A DNA stretch of 64,000 bases. It comes from Balanoglossus misakiensis. Lineage: Eukaryota > Animalia > Hemichordata. The notes beneath the pieces are model-generated. The model saw only the letters and a program-made list of their open reading frames with translations, was not told the origin of the DNA and made no database searches. Made by a program: the position numbers and the translations under genes. The stretch spans positions 2,411,498 to 2,475,497 of the forward strand of contig CM082589.2 in the NCBI GenBank assembly GCA_040954595.2. Direction: 5' to 3'. Position 1 is the first letter of the stretch. The number at the start of each line of letters is the position of its first letter. Of the stretch, positions 60,501-64,000 are shown piece after piece.

Positions 60501-63500
60501 TCATGAGCTATAACCCATGGTTTTTGTCGAAAAACCACCAAATTTTGAAATTTCGCGAAGTCGAAAAATTGACATTTCTGGATGATTTTCATGAGCTATA
60601 ACCCATGGTTTTTGTCGAAAAACCACCAAATTTTGAAATTTCGCGAAGTCGAAAAATTGACATTTCTGGATGATTTTCATGAGCTATAACCCATGGTTTT
60701 TGTCGAAAAACCACCAAATTTTGAAATTTCGCGAAGTCGAAAAATTGACATTTCTGGATGATTTTCATGAGCTATAACCCATGGTTTTTGTCGAAAAACC
60801 ACCAAATTTTGAAATTTCGCGAAGTCGAAAAATTGACATTTCTGGATGATTTTCATGAGCTATAACCCATGGTTTTTGTCGAAAAACCACCAAATTTTGA
60901 AATTTCGCGAAGTCGAAAAATTGACATTTCTGGATGATTTTCATGAGCTATAACCCATGGTTTTTGTCGAAAAACCACCAAATTTTGAAATTTCGCGAAG
61001 TCGAAAAATTGACATTTCTGGATGATTTTCATGAGCTATAACCCATGGTTTTTGTCGAAAAACCACCAAATTTTGAAATTTCGCGAAGTCGAAAAATTGA
61101 CATTTCTGGATGATTTTCATGAGCTATAATCCATGGTTTTTGTCGAAAAACCACCAAATTTTGAAATTCCGCAAAGTCGAAAAATTCTCATTTTTGGATG
61201 ATTTTCATGAGCTATAACCCATGGTTTTTGTCGAAAAACCACCATATTTTTAAATTTCGCGAAGTCGAAAAATTGACATTTCTGGATGATTTTCATGAGC
61301 TATAATCCATGGTTTTTGTCGAAAAACCACCAAATTTTGAAATTTCGCGAAGTCGAAAAATTGACATTTCTGGATGATTTTCATGAGCTATAACCCATGG
61401 TTTTTGTCGAAAAACCACCAAATTTTGAAATTTCGCGAAGTCGAAAAATTGACATTTCTGGATGATTTTCATGAGCTATAACCCATGGTTTTTGTCGAAA
61501 AACCACCAAATTTTGAAATTTCGCGAAGTCGAAAAATTGACATTTCTGGATGATTTTCATGAGCTATAACCCATGGTTTTTGTCGAAAAACCACCAAATT
61601 TTGAAATTTCGCGAAGTCGAAAAAATGACATTTCTTGATGATTTTCATGAGCTATAACCCATGGTTTTTGTCGAAAAACCACCAAATTTTGAAATTTCGC
61701 GAAGTCGAAAAATTGACATTTCTGGATGATTTTCATGAGCTATAACCCATGGTTTTTGTCGAAAAACCACCAAATTTTGAAATTTCGCGAAGTCGGAAAA
61801 TTGACATTTCTGGATGATTTTCATGAGCTATAACCCATGGTTTTTGTCAAAAAACCACCAAATTTTGAAATTTCGCGAAGTCGAAAAATTGACATTTCTT
61901 GATGATTTTCATGAGCTATAACCCATGGTTTTTGTCGAAAAACCACCAAATTTTGAAATTTCGCGAAATCGAAAAAATGACATTTCTTGATGATTTTCAT
62001 GAGCTATAACCCATGGTTTTTGTCGAAAAACCACCAAATTTTGAAATTTCGCGAAGTCGAAAAATTGACATTTCTGGATGATTTTCATGAGCTATAACCC
62101 ATGGTTTTTGTCGAAAAACCACCAAATTTTGAAATTTCGCGAAGTCGAAAAATTGACATTTCTCGATGATTTTCATGAGCTATAACCCATGGTTTTTGTC
62201 GAAAAACCACCAAATTTTGAAATTTCGCGAAGTCGAAAAATTGACATTTCTGGATGATTTTCATGAGCTATAATCCATGGTTTTTGTCGAAAAACCACCA
62301 AATTTTGAAATTCCGCAAAGTCGAAAAATTCTCATTTTTGGATGATTTTCATGAGCTATAACCCATGGTTTTTGTCGAAAAACCACCAAATTTTGAAATT
62401 TGGCGAAGTCGAAAAATTGACATTTCTGGATGATTTTCATGAGCTATAACCCATGGTTTTTGTCGAAAAACCACCAAATTTTGAAATTTCGCGAAGTCGA
62501 AAAATTGACATTTCTGGATGATTTTCATGAGCTATAACCCATGGTTTTTGTCGAAAAACCACCAAATTTTGAAATTTCGCGAAGTCGAAAAATTGACATT
62601 TCTGGATGATTTTCATGAGCAATAACCCATGGTTTTTGTTGAAAAACCACCAAATATTGAAATTTCGCGAAGTAGAAAAATTGACATTTCTGGATGATTT
62701 TCATGAGCTATAACCCATGGTTTTTGTCGAAAAACCACCAAATTTTGAAATTTCGCGAAGTCGAAAAATTGACATTTCTGGATGATTTTCATGAGCTATA
62801 ACCCATGGTTTTTGTCGAAAAACCACCAAATTTTGAAATTTCGCGAAGTCGAAAAATTGACATTTCTGGATGATTTTCATGAGCTATAACCCATGGTTTT
62901 TGTCGAAAAACCACCAAATTTTGAAATTTCGCGAAGTCGAAAAATTGACATTTCTGGATGATTTTCATGAGCTATAACCCATGGTTTTTGTCGAAAAACC
63001 ACCAAATTTTGAAATTTCGCGAAGTCGAAAAATTGACATTTCTGGATGATTTTCATGAGCTATAACCCATGGTTTTTGTCGAAAAACCACCAAATTTTGA
63101 AATTTCGCGAAGTCGAAAAATTGACATTTCTGGATGATTTTCATGAGCTATAACCCATGGTTTTTGTCGAAAAACCACCAAATTTTGAAATTTCGCGAAG
63201 TCGAAAAATTGACATTTCTTGATGATTTTCATGAGCTATAACCCATGGTTTTTGTCGAAAAACCACAAAATTTTGAAATTCTGCAAAGTCGAAAAATTCT
63301 CATTTTTGGATGATTTTCATGAGCTATAACCCATGATTTTTTCAAAAATCGGCCAAATTTTGAAATTCCGCAAAGTCGAAAAATTCTCATTTTTGGATGA
63401 TTTTCATGAGCTATAACCCATGGTGTTTGTCGAAAAACCACCAAATTTTGAAATTTCGCGAAGTCGAAAAATTGACATTTCTGGATGATTTTCATGAGCT

Positions 63501-64000
63501 ATAACCCATGGTTTTTGTCGAAAAACCACCAAATTTTGAAATTTCGCGAAGTCGAAAAATTGACATTTCTGGATGATTTTCATGAGCTATAACCCATGGT
63601 TTTTGTCGAAAAATCACCAAATCTTGAAATTTGGCGAAGTCGAAAAATTGACATTTCTGGATGATTTTCATGAGCTATAACCCATGGTTTTTGTCGAAAA
63701 ACCACCAAATTTTGAAATTTCGCGAAGTCGAAAAATTGACATTTCTGGATGATTTTCATGAGCTATAATCCATGGTTTTTGTCGAAAAACCACCAAATTT
63801 TGAAATTCCGCAAAGTCGAAAAATTCTCATTTTTGGATGATTTTCATGAGCTATAACCCATGGTTTTTGTCGAAAAACCACCAAATTTTGAAATTTCGCG
63901 AAGTCGAAAAATTGACATTTCTGGATGATTTTCATGAGCTATAACCCATGGTTTTTGTCGAAAAACCACCAAATTTGGAAATTTCGCGAAGTCGAAAAAT
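57560..64000. repeat. Satellite DNA array of 88-bp (type A) and 87-bp (type B) monomers, ~70 copies, continuing beyond the window; the first ~135 bp are inverted
   Basis: A = catgagctataacccatggtttttgtcgaaaaaccaccaaattttgaaatttcgcgaagtcgaaaaattgacatttctggatgatttt. B = catgagctataacccatgattttttcaaaaatcggccaaattttgaaattccgcaaagtcgaaaaattctcatttttggatgatttt. Periods measured at 58221-58309 (88) and 57786-57873-57960 (87). Confidence 0.98.

Noticed and set aside
57697-63495. Repetitive ORFs (KKSWVIAHENHPKMRIFRLCGISKFGRFL)n in the satellite
   Set aside because: These arise because the 87-bp monomer is a multiple of 3. Frames break at 88-bp units and there is no gene structure.

Overview
Intron-rich animal genomic DNA. 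The gene set and splice style suggest an invertebrate deuterostome, which is an inference. In order: the 3' part of a Rho-associated kinase (ROCK) gene (+, ends ~11.6 kb); a 4-exon CTHRC1-like gene with no collagen repeat, only fragmentarily visible in the ORF track (-); an intronless GT77-type glycosyltransferase and three intronless EamA/SLC35G-like transporter genes; a complete, apparently young 6.47-kb tyrosine-recombinase retrotransposon (DIRS order, PAT-type split direct repeats, RT-RNaseH-methyltransferase Pol, ALOG-domain recombinase); a secreted coiled-coil + PAN/apple gene; PAK1IP1 head-to-head with two tandem TRNAU1AP (SECp43) paralogues; two PLAC8/cornifelin genes; a LITAF gene; and the start of an 87/88-bp satellite array that runs off the window end. 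The most interesting candidates are three. First, each of the retrotransposon's three ORFs is preceded by an in-frame (phase-0) splice acceptor that fits a single phase-0 5' leader exon, suggesting alternative splicing produces Gag, Pol and recombinase. Second, one TRNAU1AP paralogue has a Trp/Gly-rich (GW/WG) tail in place of the normal C-terminus, plus a candidate poison exon. Third, the CTHRC1 homologue lacks collagen. All exon models were assembled by eye from GT/AG signals and reading frame, and no database searches were run.
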